Assembly: GCA_965279515.1 (NCBI GenBank)
Contig: CBDIID010000003.1
Location: 4,416,001-4,480,000, forward strand
Direction: 5' to 3'
DNA length: 64,000 nt
Source of the DNA: Turneriella sp.
GTDB lineage: Bacteria; Spirochaetota; Leptospiria; Turneriellales; Turneriellaceae
In this document: positions 18,991-30,726 of the stretch, one piece after another
Layout of the letters: every line of letters starts with the position of its first letter
How positions within the stretch are numbered: the first letter of the stretch is position 1
The notes under the pieces: generated by a model
Database searches by the model: none
The model's input: the letters and a program-made list of their open reading frames with translations, nothing else
What the model was told of the DNA's origin: nothing
Program-made: the position numbers and the translations under genes

Positions 18991-19597
18991 AAAGCGTCAC
19001 TCCAGTTTGTAAACTTTTGACCGAATTGAGTACAAGCGGAGACTGTGAAAAAACCGCATAGTCAAAATGGAAGGTCCCCATCAATGTAAAACGGTTCCAG
19101 GTCTTCTTATAAGCAATGATTGGTCCCAATCCCTGATAACTCCGTTTGGTATTATAAACCTCAGCACCATAAAAGGTGATATCTGAAAAATAGTTATACG
19201 TCAGAGAAATGCCCAAACCGAAATCGTCTATCCAATAGAGCGGGCTCAGGCGTACCTGGATGGCCGTGCAGGCACCGGGTATTTTAACAATTTCGGGAAA
19301 ATAACTTTCGCTGCAGATTGCGTCATTCGCAGATCCGTCGATGCGTTGTGAAAATGCCTGACTTTTAGTAAAATTGAACAGCAAACTAAGAGGGGCATTG
19401 CCAAGGGTAAAATTGGCTTTTGCAGCAAGACCAAAGCCCAGTCTGAAATCCTTCGATGTTGTCTGCGCCCAGGCTGAGTTAAAACTCACCATCGAGGCTG
19501 CGCCGATATCGAAACCGCTCAGTTTTAACTCGGAGCTCCAGAGATTTCCGGAATACCACAGGCTGGCTAAGAATAACCCTGCACGAAAATGTTTCAC
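18968..19597 (-). CDS. Putative outer-membrane beta-barrel protein
   Basis: Signal peptide, alternating aromatic/hydrophobic strands and C-terminal YAMYAIF. GTG start. Confidence 0.55.
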   Translation of the reverse strand: MKHFRAGLFLASLWYSGNLWSSELKLSGFDIGAASMVSFNSAWAQTTSKDFRLGFGLAAKANFTLGNAPLSLLFNFTKSQAFSQRIDGSANDAICSESYFPEIVKIPGACTAIQVRLSPLYWIDDFGLGISLTYNYFSDITFYGAEVYNTKRSYQGLGPIIAYKKTWNRFTLMGTFHFDYAVFSQSPLVLNSVKSLQTGVTLYAMYAIF

Positions 19598-19725
19598 AAG
19601 CGATCCGTCAGACTGACGGAAGAATGGCCGCCGGCCGGCAATCGATTTTCAGCAGCTTGCTATGTGCCGAAAATACAGAGAATCGGGATTTCATGATTGC
19701 CTCGCCGCATTGATTTAGTTATCTT

Positions 19726-21165
19726 ATGGCCATGACTCTGCTCAGCGAAAAAATACGGACGCTTCAGGAGCTGCCCGTACTTCATCCGGAGATTATTCAA
19801 AAACTCGGTGATATTGTCGCCGAAGCTGACGACTGGCAACTCTACCGTATTAACCCTTTCGCTTTTGCAGCCGAGCATGGCATCGACGAAGAGAAGACCC
19901 TCGATCTGTTTATCCACTCTGCCCGGGTGGGGCTGTTTGACTTCTCGTATAATATGATCTGTCCCCGCTGCGGCGGTGTGGCGCATGCGCACCATGAGCT
20001 TGACCAGGTTGAGTCGACGGATTTTTACTGTGCGGTCTGCACCATGTCGAGCCCGGCCACGCTCGATGACCAGGTAGAGGTCTCCTTCGCCGTAAATCCG
20101 GCGATCCGCAAGCTGAGCATTAACCCGCTCGCCGATCTTGCATCTTATAACCGTTACCACTTCTCGGCGAATTATGTGGTCTCCGACGAGTTACGTGATC
20201 TGAGGAAAAAACTACTGCGGCATTTGCTGGTGATTCCCCCGGATGCCTCCAAACGTATGCAGCTAAAGAAGGGAAATTACTCCACCTTTCAACTGATCTC
20301 TATCGAGACCAATACCTCCATTATGATTCACCTCGGTAAACAAGATGGCACTCTGGGCTCTTCGGGAAATATTCCTTTCGCAGTGACAGGATTTGCGCAA
20401 AAGGAAATTTCCTCGTCGGCGCAGGCCTGTGAAATCACCGTACATAACAATACGCGTGGTCCGGTGGGCATGATGGTGGCGACCCCTGACTTGCCGCGCA
20501 TACTCGATATCGTTGCAAAGCATCCCACGCAAGTGCGCAAATTTCTCACGGCGAAGATGCTGCTCAATAACCAGACCTTCCGCGAGGTTTATAAGATTCA
20601 GCATCTCTCGAAAAATCTCAACCTAAATATCAGAAGCCTGACGATCATGTTTACCGACCTGCGCGGCTCCACGGAAATGTACGATAAGGCAGGGGATGTC
20701 TTCGCTTACTCGCTGGTCCAGGAACATTTTCGCATTCTCACCGATTCGGTGCGTAAATTCCATGGCGCGATTATAAAGACCATGGGAGACGCCATCATGG
20801 CAACATTCTCTACCCCCGGCGACGGCATCTCTGCGGCGCTCGATATGATGACGCAGATTGCGGTACTCAACGAGCGGGTGCGCAAAGATGGCTTTGAAAT
20901 CGGTCTCAAAGTCGGGTTGCACGAGGGGCCGGCCTTAGCAGTGATGCGCGACGAGCGCCTCGATTATTTCGGGCAAACAGTCAACATCGCCGCGCGGGTG
21001 CAGGGTTTAGCCTCGGCGGGCGAGATCTGGATTACGCAGAGCGTTGCGCGTTCACGCGAGGCAAAGGCCGTGACGGACCAGGCCGAACTGCGCCATGAAG
21101 AGCACCGGGCGCATCTCAAAGGCGTGGGGCAAGAGACCGTCGTCTACAAGCTCAGCGCCGCGTAA
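19726..21165 (+). CDS. Soluble class III adenylate/guanylate cyclase with a DUF5939-like Cys-containing N-domain
   Basis: FTDLRGST, IKTMGDAIM and DYFGQTVNIAARV motifs; N-terminal CPRCG and CAVC. Confidence 0.9.
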   Translation: MAMTLLSEKIRTLQELPVLHPEIIQKLGDIVAEADDWQLYRINPFAFAAEHGIDEEKTLDLFIHSARVGLFDFSYNMICPRCGGVAHAHHELDQVESTDFYCAVCTMSSPATLDDQVEVSFAVNPAIRKLSINPLADLASYNRYHFSANYVVSDELRDLRKKLLRHLLVIPPDASKRMQLKKGNYSTFQLISIETNTSIMIHLGKQDGTLGSSGNIPFAVTGFAQKEISSSAQACEITVHNNTRGPVGMMVATPDLPRILDIVAKHPTQVRKFLTAKMLLNNQTFREVYKIQHLSKNLNLNIRSLTIMFTDLRGSTEMYDKAGDVFAYSLVQEHFRILTDSVRKFHGAIIKTMGDAIMATFSTPGDGISAALDMMTQIAVLNERVRKDGFEIGLKVGLHEGPALAVMRDERLDYFGQTVNIAARVQGLASAGEIWITQSVARSREAKAVTDQAELRHEEHRAHLKGVGQETVVYKLSAA

Positions 21166-22135
21166 TAAAACCCATTTCGTCGGCAATTGCTTTCAGGCGG
21201 TCGGGATAATCGGTGATAATGCCGTCGACGCCCATGCGCACGAGGCTACGGATTTCTTCCGGTTCATTGACGGTCCAGGGAATGATCGCCAGGCCGTTTT
21301 TGTGCGCCAGCTGCACAAGCATCGGGTTTGTGTCGCGCCGGTTAGGCGCGATGATGTCGGCCTTGTTTGCAAGTACCCGGCTGATCATCATGTCGGGCGT
21401 TCTGCGGCCGACACCGGGCCACTGGCTCCACTGAAAAAGTGCCGCAGTGCGCATCGCCGGTGCGATTTCTTTCACAAAAGGCAGCAGCCGTATTTCAAAG
21501 GACTGCACCATCACCCTTGAGGTGAGCCCCGCAGCAGCGGTCTGCGTGAGAATCAGCTGCGCGATTTTTTCCAGGTATGCATCGGTGGGGGTGAGCCGCG
21601 GCGGAAATTTGACGTCGATATTAAATATCACATTGCGTGCATTGTCGTCGGTTTTCTCGAGTTCACGGATATGCGCAAAAAAATCCCTGAGCGTCAAGAG
21701 GCGGGTGAGGGGGATCTCCCTCCGTTCCGGAAATTTGGCATCTTTGAGTGAACCGCAATCGAGTTTTTTCAGTTCGGCGACCGTGATGCGTTCCAGCGCC
21801 GTGACTTTGATGCGGCCGCCGTCATCTTTGCGGCAGAGTTTCGGATTCGTGAAAGAATCATGGTGGATAATGAGGTCCCCGTCAGCAGTCAGGTTAACAT
21901 CGAACTCGATGGCGGTCATGCCGTTGCGGATGCCCGCTTCAAAGGCAGGCCAGGTATTTTCCGGGGCAAGACCGCGTGCGCCGCGGTGGCCGTGGAGTTC
22001 CAGCTTCTTCTCAACCTTCGCGGTGCTGCCCGATGGCGCGATGCTTTCTTCAGGCGGATTAAAATTACCGCAGGCAGTACCGAAGAGCAAGGCCGCAAAG
22101 AGCGCCGGCGCCAGCGGGCTGCGTGCTTTAAACAA
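21152..22135 (-). CDS. Glycerophosphodiester phosphodiesterase (lipoprotein)
   Basis: HGHRGARGLAPENT, IEFDV, IHHD, WTVN and GVDGIITDYP motifs; lipobox GTAC. Confidence 0.93.
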   Translation of the reverse strand: MFKARSPLAPALFAALLFGTACGNFNPPEESIAPSGSTAKVEKKLELHGHRGARGLAPENTWPAFEAGIRNGMTAIEFDVNLTADGDLIIHHDSFTNPKLCRKDDGGRIKVTALERITVAELKKLDCGSLKDAKFPERREIPLTRLLTLRDFFAHIRELEKTDDNARNVIFNIDVKFPPRLTPTDAYLEKIAQLILTQTAAAGLTSRVMVQSFEIRLLPFVKEIAPAMRTAALFQWSQWPGVGRRTPDMMISRVLANKADIIAPNRRDTNPMLVQLAHKNGLAIIPWTVNEPEEIRSLVRMGVDGIITDYPDRLKAIADEMGFITRR

Positions 22136-22137
22136 AA

Positions 22138-23208
22138 TCAGGCGACGGATGCCTTCATGCCGGCGCGCCGCTTCTTGACGGCTTCAGCAAGTTCTCGTAG
22201 CAGCGGCGCAGTTTCGTCGAAGGCGATGCAGGCGTCGGTGATTGATTTACCGTACTCGAGTTTTTCGAGCGGTGCTTCTTTCTGGTTGCCGGCTTTCAGG
22301 TGGCTTTCGAGCATGATACCCATGATGGCATCAGAGCCTGCGGCGATCTGCCCGGCGACGTCGCGGGCAACGATCGTTTGGCGGGTGTGGTCTTTCTTGG
22401 AATTGCCATGGCTGCAGTCGACAATGAGCCGCGGTGTTAAGCCCGCTTCTTTTAAATCGGCCGCCGCTTTATCGACATGGGCCTTTTCGTAGTTAGGGCC
22501 GCTGGTCGAGCCGCGCAGAATCAGGTGGCCAAAGGGATTGCCCTTGGTGTGGACAATCGCTGCGACACCCTGTTTTGTGATCGATAAGAAGTGGTGCGGC
22601 GCCTGCGCCGCGTGGATGGCGTCGATGGCGATCTTGACATTGCCGTCGGTCCCATTTTTGAAACCGACAGGAACAGAGAGCCCGGAAGCCAGTTCACGGT
22701 GCACCTGGCTTTCTGTCGTACGGGCGCCGATCGCACCCCATGTCACTGCGTCCGCCGTAAACTGCGGACTGATGGTATCTAAGAATTCACAGCCCGCGGG
22801 CAGGCCCATCGTGGTCAGGTCGACGAGCAGTTTGCGGCCGAGACGCAGGCCTTCGTTGATCTGGAAGGAGTTGTCGATGTGCGGGTCGTTGATGAGACCC
22901 TTCCAGCCAGAGCGGGTGCGCGGCTTTTCAAAATAGACGCGCATGATGATTTCGAGCTCGCCCATGAGTTCATCTCTCAGGGGTTTTAAAAGCGCGGCAT
23001 ATTCGTGCGCCGCTTTGATGTCATGGATCGAGCAGGGCCCGACGACAACCAGTACCCGGTCGTCTTTGCCGCTGACGATGTCGGCACACTTTGCCCGCGC
23101 GACGCTCACAAAACGCTGGCCGATCTCATCGAGCGGTATCTCTTCCATGAGAATCGCGGGTGGAATCAGGGATTTAAGTGCGTCGATGCGCAGGTCGTCT
23201 GTTGTCAT
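22138..23208 (-). CDS. aroG: Class I-alpha DAHP synthase
   Basis: GPCSIHD, RVYFEKPRT..GWKGLINDP, IGARTTESQVHRE, DCSHGNS and SITDAC motifs. Confidence 0.96.
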   Translation of the reverse strand: MTTDDLRIDALKSLIPPAILMEEIPLDEIGQRFVSVARAKCADIVSGKDDRVLVVVGPCSIHDIKAAHEYAALLKPLRDELMGELEIIMRVYFEKPRTRSGWKGLINDPHIDNSFQINEGLRLGRKLLVDLTTMGLPAGCEFLDTISPQFTADAVTWGAIGARTTESQVHRELASGLSVPVGFKNGTDGNVKIAIDAIHAAQAPHHFLSITKQGVAAIVHTKGNPFGHLILRGSTSGPNYEKAHVDKAAADLKEAGLTPRLIVDCSHGNSKKDHTRQTIVARDVAGQIAAGSDAIMGIMLESHLKAGNQKEAPLEKLEYGKSITDACIAFDETAPLLRELAEAVKKRRAGMKASVA

Positions 23209-23226
23209 AGCTATAATTTCGGTATA

Positions 23227-23255
23227 AATATAATATGGGGACTGTAAAAAATCAA
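23227..23255 (-). promoter_or_regulatory. sigma70-type promoter for aroG
   Basis: Minus strand TTGATT-N17-TATATT. Confidence 0.5.
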
Positions 23256-23257
23256 CA

Positions 23258-23286
23258 ATAAAACCGGGGCGATTGCCTCGCCCCGG
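23258..23286 (-). terminator. Intrinsic terminator of the NmrA-like gene
   Basis: CCGGGGCGA-N5-TCGCCCCGG hairpin followed by TTTTATTG on the minus strand. Confidence 0.75.
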
Positions 23287-23294
23287 CGGTTAAA

Positions 23295-24143
23295 TCACGC
23301 CCAGCGGGTCTTAAAATCGGCTGCGTACTGATCGAAGGTTATGGGGGATTTCCCCGTAATCAGTTTCACATTTTCCGTAACGGGGGCTGAATGGCCGTCC
23401 TTGAGAGCCTGGGCGATATATGCGAGAAATCCCACATAGTCTGCTGGCAGGCCGAAACCCGAAAGACCTGCCTGAAAAGCTTCGGATGTGATATCGGCAT
23501 AAGTGATGGTTTTGCCGGTGGCCTGCGAGAGTTTTGCGGCAACTTCACTATGGGTAACCGCCTCGCTGCCCGTCAAAGCAAAGGCGCGGTTTGCAAACGT
23601 ATCAGAGGTCAGAAGCTCGAAGGCGGTCGCCGAAATATCGCGCGCATCGATGAAGCTGGCCTTCGCGTCACCGCCCGGGAAGTAGATTTTCGCATCCTTC
23701 AGGATACCGCTGATCCAGAAGGTGTGGAAGTTCTGCATGAACCAGTTCGGGCGTATAATATTCCAGGCAAGGCCCGAGGCTTCGATATCGAGTTCGAGAT
23801 GGCGCATCGGCGCCTCGGCCGGCGCATGTTCGACGCCCATCGCCGTCATCTGCACGAGCTTTTTGAGTTTTACGGCTTTCGCCTTTTCGAGCAGCGGTTT
23901 CAGCGCTGAGTAGGCATCGACAACGGCTGGTGGGCCGATCAGAAATGCCGCATCGGCTTTTTCGAGGACCTCGAGTCCTTCCGTGGGCTTTTGCGAGTCG
24001 ATTTGGACGGCGGTCAGCCGCTCTCTTTTCGCCAGTTTTTCGGGATGGCGTGTGCCGGCGAAAACCTCGTGGTCTGCGGCGAGTAATTTGTCGACCAGGG
24101 TGCTGGAAACAGTACCGGTCGCTCCATAAACAAATATTTTCAT
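23295..24143 (-). CDS. NmrA-like atypical SDR NAD(P)-binding oxidoreductase
   Basis: GATGTV Rossmann motif, IRPNWFMQN and SFIDARDI. Confidence 0.9.
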   Translation of the reverse strand: MKIFVYGATGTVSSTLVDKLLAADHEVFAGTRHPEKLAKRERLTAVQIDSQKPTEGLEVLEKADAAFLIGPPAVVDAYSALKPLLEKAKAVKLKKLVQMTAMGVEHAPAEAPMRHLELDIEASGLAWNIIRPNWFMQNFHTFWISGILKDAKIYFPGGDAKASFIDARDISATAFELLTSDTFANRAFALTGSEAVTHSEVAAKLSQATGKTITYADITSEAFQAGLSGFGLPADYVGFLAYIAQALKDGHSAPVTENVKLITGKSPITFDQYAADFKTRWA

Positions 24144-24251
24144 TTAGATCTCCTTGTCGCCCTCCCCAAGTCTGGGGTTAGGGGCGAAATAACTTCGATA
24201 AGATAACCTTTCACCGCCGCATGCCCATGTCGCCGGGTAAAAAAGGCATAT

Positions 24252-24279
24252 CCAATCGTCTAAACTCATGGACGATTGG
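24252..24279. promoter_or_regulatory. Inverted repeat in the NmrA/AraC divergent promoter (probable AraC operator)
   Basis: CCAATCGTC-N10-GACGATTGG. Confidence 0.55.
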
Positions 24280-24303
24280 GTAAAAGCGGGATATATTGCG
24301 GTT

Positions 24304-25188
24304 ATGGACATGCTCTCCGAAATCTTAAGTTCAGCCCGCTGGAAGGGAGATCTTCTGACGCGCAAGGCTATCCACCGCCCGTGGGGGCTGCGCTTCCCGT
24401 GCGATAAGAGCGCGGGCTTTCATGTCGTGTCGCAGGGCAGCTGTTTTGTAAAAATGCCGCGGCAATCGTTTCACATGCAGGCGGGTGACATTCTTTTCAT
24501 CGCCAAAGGCGCGACGCATGATTTAAGTTCGGCACCGGGCGAAAAAATTGTCGATATCCGCAAATTTTCGGAACAGGCGCATAAGAGTAAGCCAGCGGGC
24601 AAGCCGCTGACGACGTTTGTCTCAATCCGTTATGAAGTGCCTGAAGAGCCGATGCATCCATTTTTGATCGAACTGCCCGAAGCCATTTTTATCCGCGCAC
24701 ATGAGATTCCCGCGCACCATACGCTGCATACGCTTTTGGTACTGATCTCGCAAGAGATCGATGCCGGCATCGGTTCTGACCTGATTCTTCAAAAGCTCGC
24801 CGACATACTGCTCTACCAGGTGCTGCGTTATTACATGGAAAAAAATCCGCCGACCTCACCCGGCTGGCAGAGTGCGCTGCTCGACGAGAAGATCCGCTTT
24901 GCGCTCGAGCAGATGCACCGCAATCCCGAACGTGCCTGGACTCTTGAATCGCTCGCCGCAACCGTCGGTGTGTCGCGCGCCTCGCTCGCTGCCCGCTTCA
25001 AAGATGCGCTCGGCGCGACGCCGATGCATTATCTCGCGGGGCTGCGCATCGAAAAGGGACGTACGCTCGTGCGCGAGCAGGGCGCGACACTCGAGCAGGT
25101 GGCCCGCGCCGTCGGTTATTCATCGGCCTTTGCCTATTCGAAGGCGTATAAGCGGGTGCGAGGCAACGCCCCTGCGCTTGACGTGTGA
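24304..25188 (+). CDS. AraC family regulator with an N-terminal cupin (RclR-like)
   Basis: MDMLSEIL, PWGLRF, FHVVSQGSC, WTLESLA..VGVSR and VGYSS..AYSKAYKR. Confidence 0.92.
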   Translation: MDMLSEILSSARWKGDLLTRKAIHRPWGLRFPCDKSAGFHVVSQGSCFVKMPRQSFHMQAGDILFIAKGATHDLSSAPGEKIVDIRKFSEQAHKSKPAGKPLTTFVSIRYEVPEEPMHPFLIELPEAIFIRAHEIPAHHTLHTLLVLISQEIDAGIGSDLILQKLADILLYQVLRYYMEKNPPTSPGWQSALLDEKIRFALEQMHRNPERAWTLESLAATVGVSRASLAARFKDALGATPMHYLAGLRIEKGRTLVREQGATLEQVARAVGYSSAFAYSKAYKRVRGNAPALDV

Positions 25189-26321
25189 CGCTGAAACAAG
25201 AAATTCCCGCCGTGAAGAGTTTCATCAGCACATTTGCCTGCGCGGTATTCGTTTTGTGCGCAGCGCCGGTTTCTGCATCCTACAAACTTTCAAGCCTTTT
25301 GCCGGGCGATGCCGTCGATACCTACACCGATCTGACGGCCTATAGTTTTTCCGTACCGTTTCCCCTGAAGAAGTTTGGTGCCTCCGTCGCGCCGCGTTAT
25401 GCGCATACGGCACCCGATAAGCATAGCGGCGGCATCGACACCTTTGCTTATCTGCAATTATCGAATCTCAGGCTGGGTATCGCAAGCCTCGCAGCGCCGG
25501 GCAGCGATACGGCGACGTTCATCAACGGTAAATTTATGGCCAGCTATCTCTTCAGTTTTATCAGCATCGGCATTGAGGCCGGGGCGATGCGCTCAGCTTC
25601 AGATTCTCCGGTGGACCGGTGGGGCAGCATGGGCGCGGTGACGAGCAGCGTCTATTTTAACAGGTGGGCTTTTGATGCTGCCGCGCGCTTTTTTATGCCG
25701 AATGCATCGGCTGCGGCGCCGAATCCTTTACCGTCATCAGCCAGTGCCCCGATCTATCAGAACAGCGCCTATGACAGCCAACTGTATTCGCTGCGTCTCC
25801 GTAATGACCTGTCTTTCCGCTGGCGGATGACCCTCGCCGGTAATTTTCTGTATTCGAGCTATTCCTCTTTCTATTCGCTGACCAATCTCTGGCGTTACCG
25901 CCTGGAGAACATGCAGATTATTTCGGGTCTCAGTTACCGCAGAAACAATCTTACCCAGGCGGCTGCGGGGGCATTCGACGGCGATGATCAGGTGAACATC
26001 CCGGTTTATGCGATTCTCGAACACGCGCGTTCGATTTTTTATATCGGCGTCTCCTCTCCGGTCTACCGCCTGAACCGCGGCGGTGCGGCGGCGGGGCGCA
26101 GCTATGTTCTGCGGTTTGAACCGCAGGTCGCTTACACGCACCGTTTTACGCCGGGCTTATGGCTGAATTTCTCGCTCGGTTCGCAGTCGGTGATGGCTGC
26201 CGATAACGGTACGATTGCAAGCGAAGTGCGCGTGGCATTTCAGCTCGCGTATAATATTGCACCGTTCGGCGCCGACGACGAAGTCGCCTTTTCGGGAAAC
26301 CTGCTCACGGCAGCGCGGTAG
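25185..26321 (+). CDS. Hypothetical exported protein, possibly an OM beta-barrel
   Basis: Signal peptide (alternative start GTG 25212) and aromatic-rich beta strands. Confidence 0.55.
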   Translation: MTLKQEIPAVKSFISTFACAVFVLCAAPVSASYKLSSLLPGDAVDTYTDLTAYSFSVPFPLKKFGASVAPRYAHTAPDKHSGGIDTFAYLQLSNLRLGIASLAAPGSDTATFINGKFMASYLFSFISIGIEAGAMRSASDSPVDRWGSMGAVTSSVYFNRWAFDAAARFFMPNASAAAPNPLPSSASAPIYQNSAYDSQLYSLRLRNDLSFRWRMTLAGNFLYSSYSSFYSLTNLWRYRLENMQIISGLSYRRNNLTQAAAGAFDGDDQVNIPVYAILEHARSIFYIGVSSPVYRLNRGGAAAGRSYVLRFEPQVAYTHRFTPGLWLNFSLGSQSVMAADNGTIASEVRVAFQLAYNIAPFGADDEVAFSGNLLTAAR

Positions 26322-26337
26322 CGCCGCCGCCATCGGT

Positions 26338-27150
26338 TTATTCTTCGTTGGTGTTCAGAATCACCGGCAAACCGTTTTTACCGCCCTGCATAATCATCAT
26401 CTTCATATTCGGATTCTCGACGGCTTTAAGCTGAATATATTTTGTCGTTAGCTGTTTGTTGATAATCTGCTGGGCCTTCGCCTGACCTTCAGCTTCGATC
26501 TTGGCTGCATCAGCCGAGGCTTTCGCCTTGATCACGGTAATTTCAGCGTCGCGTCGGGCAATGTTGATTGTGAACACCATCTGCTGTTGTTCCTGTTCTT
26601 TTTCGAGTTTGCCTTCGATGGCGCGCAGAATCGGTTTACTGTATTCGATGTCGTCGATGATGATATCGTCGATGTCGATGTGTTTTCCTTCCAGTTTTTT
26701 CACCAGCACGTCCCGGATGCGGTGTGAGATATTCGGCGTCTCTTTGGAAATCTCCACCATATTATACGTTGAGAGTGCATTGCGCACCGACGTCCGGAGC
26801 TGGGGCTTCACCACCTTTTGGTAAAAATCGGGGCCGATCTCCTGCTGCAGCTGGTAGATTTCGTCGGGTTTCGGGCGCACGATCACGGTACAGACGACCA
26901 GTACCTTGAGGTCGTCCTTGGTCAGAATCTCCACCTGTTCTGAAAAAGAGTTCCACTGAATCTTATAGGTATAGATATCGTTCCAGGGGGCGTAGACATA
27001 GACTTCGGGCCTCAGCGGCTCTTTTTGCAGGCCTGAGCCCCACGGCTGCCAGCGCAGTCCCACCTCTCCGGGCTTTACGGTCGATACACAACCTATCGCG
27101 AAGCTTGCCAGCGCAAGCGCTTGGACTATCACTTTCATGGTTCCTCCCAT
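26338..27150 (-). CDS. SPFH/prohibitin (band 7) lipoprotein
   Basis: VKPGEVG, LTKD.L.V and AIE.K...EQE...M.F....A..DAE...I.AK coiled coil; lipobox AIGC. Confidence 0.9.
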   Translation of the reverse strand: MGGTMKVIVQALALASFAIGCVSTVKPGEVGLRWQPWGSGLQKEPLRPEVYVYAPWNDIYTYKIQWNSFSEQVEILTKDDLKVLVVCTVIVRPKPDEIYQLQQEIGPDFYQKVVKPQLRTSVRNALSTYNMVEISKETPNISHRIRDVLVKKLEGKHIDIDDIIIDDIEYSKPILRAIEGKLEKEQEQQQMVFTINIARRDAEITVIKAKASADAAKIEAEGQAKAQQIINKQLTTKYIQLKAVENPNMKMMIMQGGKNGLPVILNTNEE

Positions 27151-27249
27151 CGTCGGTCACATTATCATAGATATACGATATTCCGTTAGTAGACCCCGGA
27201 TATGCCTCCATGGCGAAATTTTTTTGCCAGCCTGTCTTATTTGTGTAAA

Positions 27250-27276
27250 TTGGCACTAAGGCGGTGAGAGTGCTAA
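27250..27276 (+). promoter_or_regulatory. CIRCE element (HrcA operator)
   Basis: TTGGCACTA-N9-GAGTGCTAA versus consensus TTAGCACTC-N9-GAGTGCTAA, upstream of groES. Confidence 0.9.
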
Positions 27277-27377
27277 CACACCCTAGGGGGAGTGATAGCA
27301 TGTCTGACTGTGAGTGCTCGGTAGCAGGGGGATCAATCCCACCAGCTAACGAGTAATTTAATTTCCTGGAGGGAAAA

Positions 27378-29326
<1,949 letters not shown>

Positions 29327-29336
29327 AAAAGTTGTT

Positions 29337-29392
29337 TGCAGGGGGCGATGCCCCCTGCGACCCCCGAAGAGGCGCCTAAGGCGCCTTTTTTA
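29337..29392 (+). terminator. GC hairpin plus intrinsic terminator after groEL
   Basis: GCAGGGGGC-GAT-GCCCCCTGC, then AAGAGGCGCC-TAA-GGCGCCTTTTTT. Confidence 0.85.
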
Positions 29393-29427
29393 TTGTAATT
29401 ATTCGCAGATTGCTTTGACTAAGTTCC

Positions 29428-30726
29428 ATGAAAAACTTCTTCAGCCGCGCCATCGATAAGCTCATCGGCGATTCACGCCTCTGGTCGCTCGAGCACCGGC
29501 TCTTTAACTCCTTCGCACTTCTCAATGGGGTGTCGAACACCCTGGGGTCTCTCAACCCATCATCGAATTACGCATGGCTCTTTGCCCTGAATCTCGGTAC
29601 GGGCATCCTGTTCCTGGCCTTTTACGCGCTTTCCCGGTTTAAAAGCTATTACCGCTCGCTCTATTGGCCCTTTGTCTTTACTATGCAGATTTTTCTCTTC
29701 TTTAATATAGTCGGGAATGCAGGTTCGCAGGGCGGGGCGCACTATTATTACATTCCGATGGTGTTGATTTCAACGATTCTATCGCGTAATACCCTGACCA
29801 CGGTTATTGCCGCGATGTTAGGGGTGGCTTTTACAGCTGGAGTGTTTGCCATCGAAATCTACAAACCCGACTGGATTATGAAATTTACACGACCTGAAGA
29901 GCGGCTCAACGATGTCGTGGGGCAGTTTCTGTTTGTCCAGATCCTGTGCGCGGCGACAGTTATTATTCTCAAGAATCACTTCAATGAAGAACGCAATAAA
30001 TCTGAAAAGTTATTGCGCAATATTCTGCCGCAACACGTCGCCGACGAGCTCAAAAAATATAACCGCGTGACGCCGATGCACTTTAATTCGGCAACAGTGC
30101 TGTTCACCGACATGGTTGGTTTCACCAGGATTGCGGAGCGTCTTTCGCCCGCAGAGCTTATCCACGAACTGGATGCCTGCTTCGCCACCTTCGACGAAAT
30201 TATCCGTAAATTCGACATGGAAAAGATTAAAACGATTGGTGACGCCTATATGGCAGCGGGGGGATTGCCCGATGTGAACCAGAGCCATGCACTCGACTCG
30301 ATCCTCGTCGCTTTGCAAATGCAGCACTTCATGCTGCATATGCGTAAGGAAAAAGAAGCAAAGAATCTGCCGTTCTGGCAGATCCGTCTTGGCATCCATA
30401 CCGGGCCACTCGTCGCCGGTGTCATCGGTACAGAAAAGTTTTCCTATGACGTATGGGGCGATACCGTGAACACGGCAAGCCGCATGGAAAGCTCCGGCGC
30501 TCCTGAGATGGTCAATATCTCTAAAAGCACCTATGACCTGGTGAAGGAGTTTTTCATCTGCGAATACCGCGGTAAGCTCGTGGCGAAGAATAAAGGTGAG
30601 GTCGATATGTATTTCGTCAAACGCCTGAAACCCGAATACAGCGAAGATATGGCAGGGATCATGCCGAACCCTAAGATAATGGAAATCCGTAACCAGTTGA
30701 ACGGTTTGGTTCTTAAGGCGGCATAA
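29428..30726 (+). CDS. Membrane-bound class III adenylate cyclase
   Basis: N-terminal TM bundle; FTDMVGFT, KIKTIGDAYM and YDVWGDTVNTASRME. Confidence 0.93.
   Translation: MKNFFSRAIDKLIGDSRLWSLEHRLFNSFALLNGVSNTLGSLNPSSNYAWLFALNLGTGILFLAFYALSRFKSYYRSLYWPFVFTMQIFLFFNIVGNAGSQGGAHYYYIPMVLISTILSRNTLTTVIAAMLGVAFTAGVFAIEIYKPDWIMKFTRPEERLNDVVGQFLFVQILCAATVIILKNHFNEERNKSEKLLRNILPQHVADELKKYNRVTPMHFNSATVLFTDMVGFTRIAERLSPAELIHELDACFATFDEIIRKFDMEKIKTIGDAYMAAGGLPDVNQSHALDSILVALQMQHFMLHMRKEKEAKNLPFWQIRLGIHTGPLVAGVIGTEKFSYDVWGDTVNTASRMESSGAPEMVNISKSTYDLVKEFFICEYRGKLVAKNKGEVDMYFVKRLKPEYSEDMAGIMPNPKIMEIRNQLNGLVLKAA

Noticed and set aside
19654..19669. Weak sigma54-like site (CGGCAC-N5-AAGCT, minus strand)
   Set aside because: Poor -12 element; could be chance.
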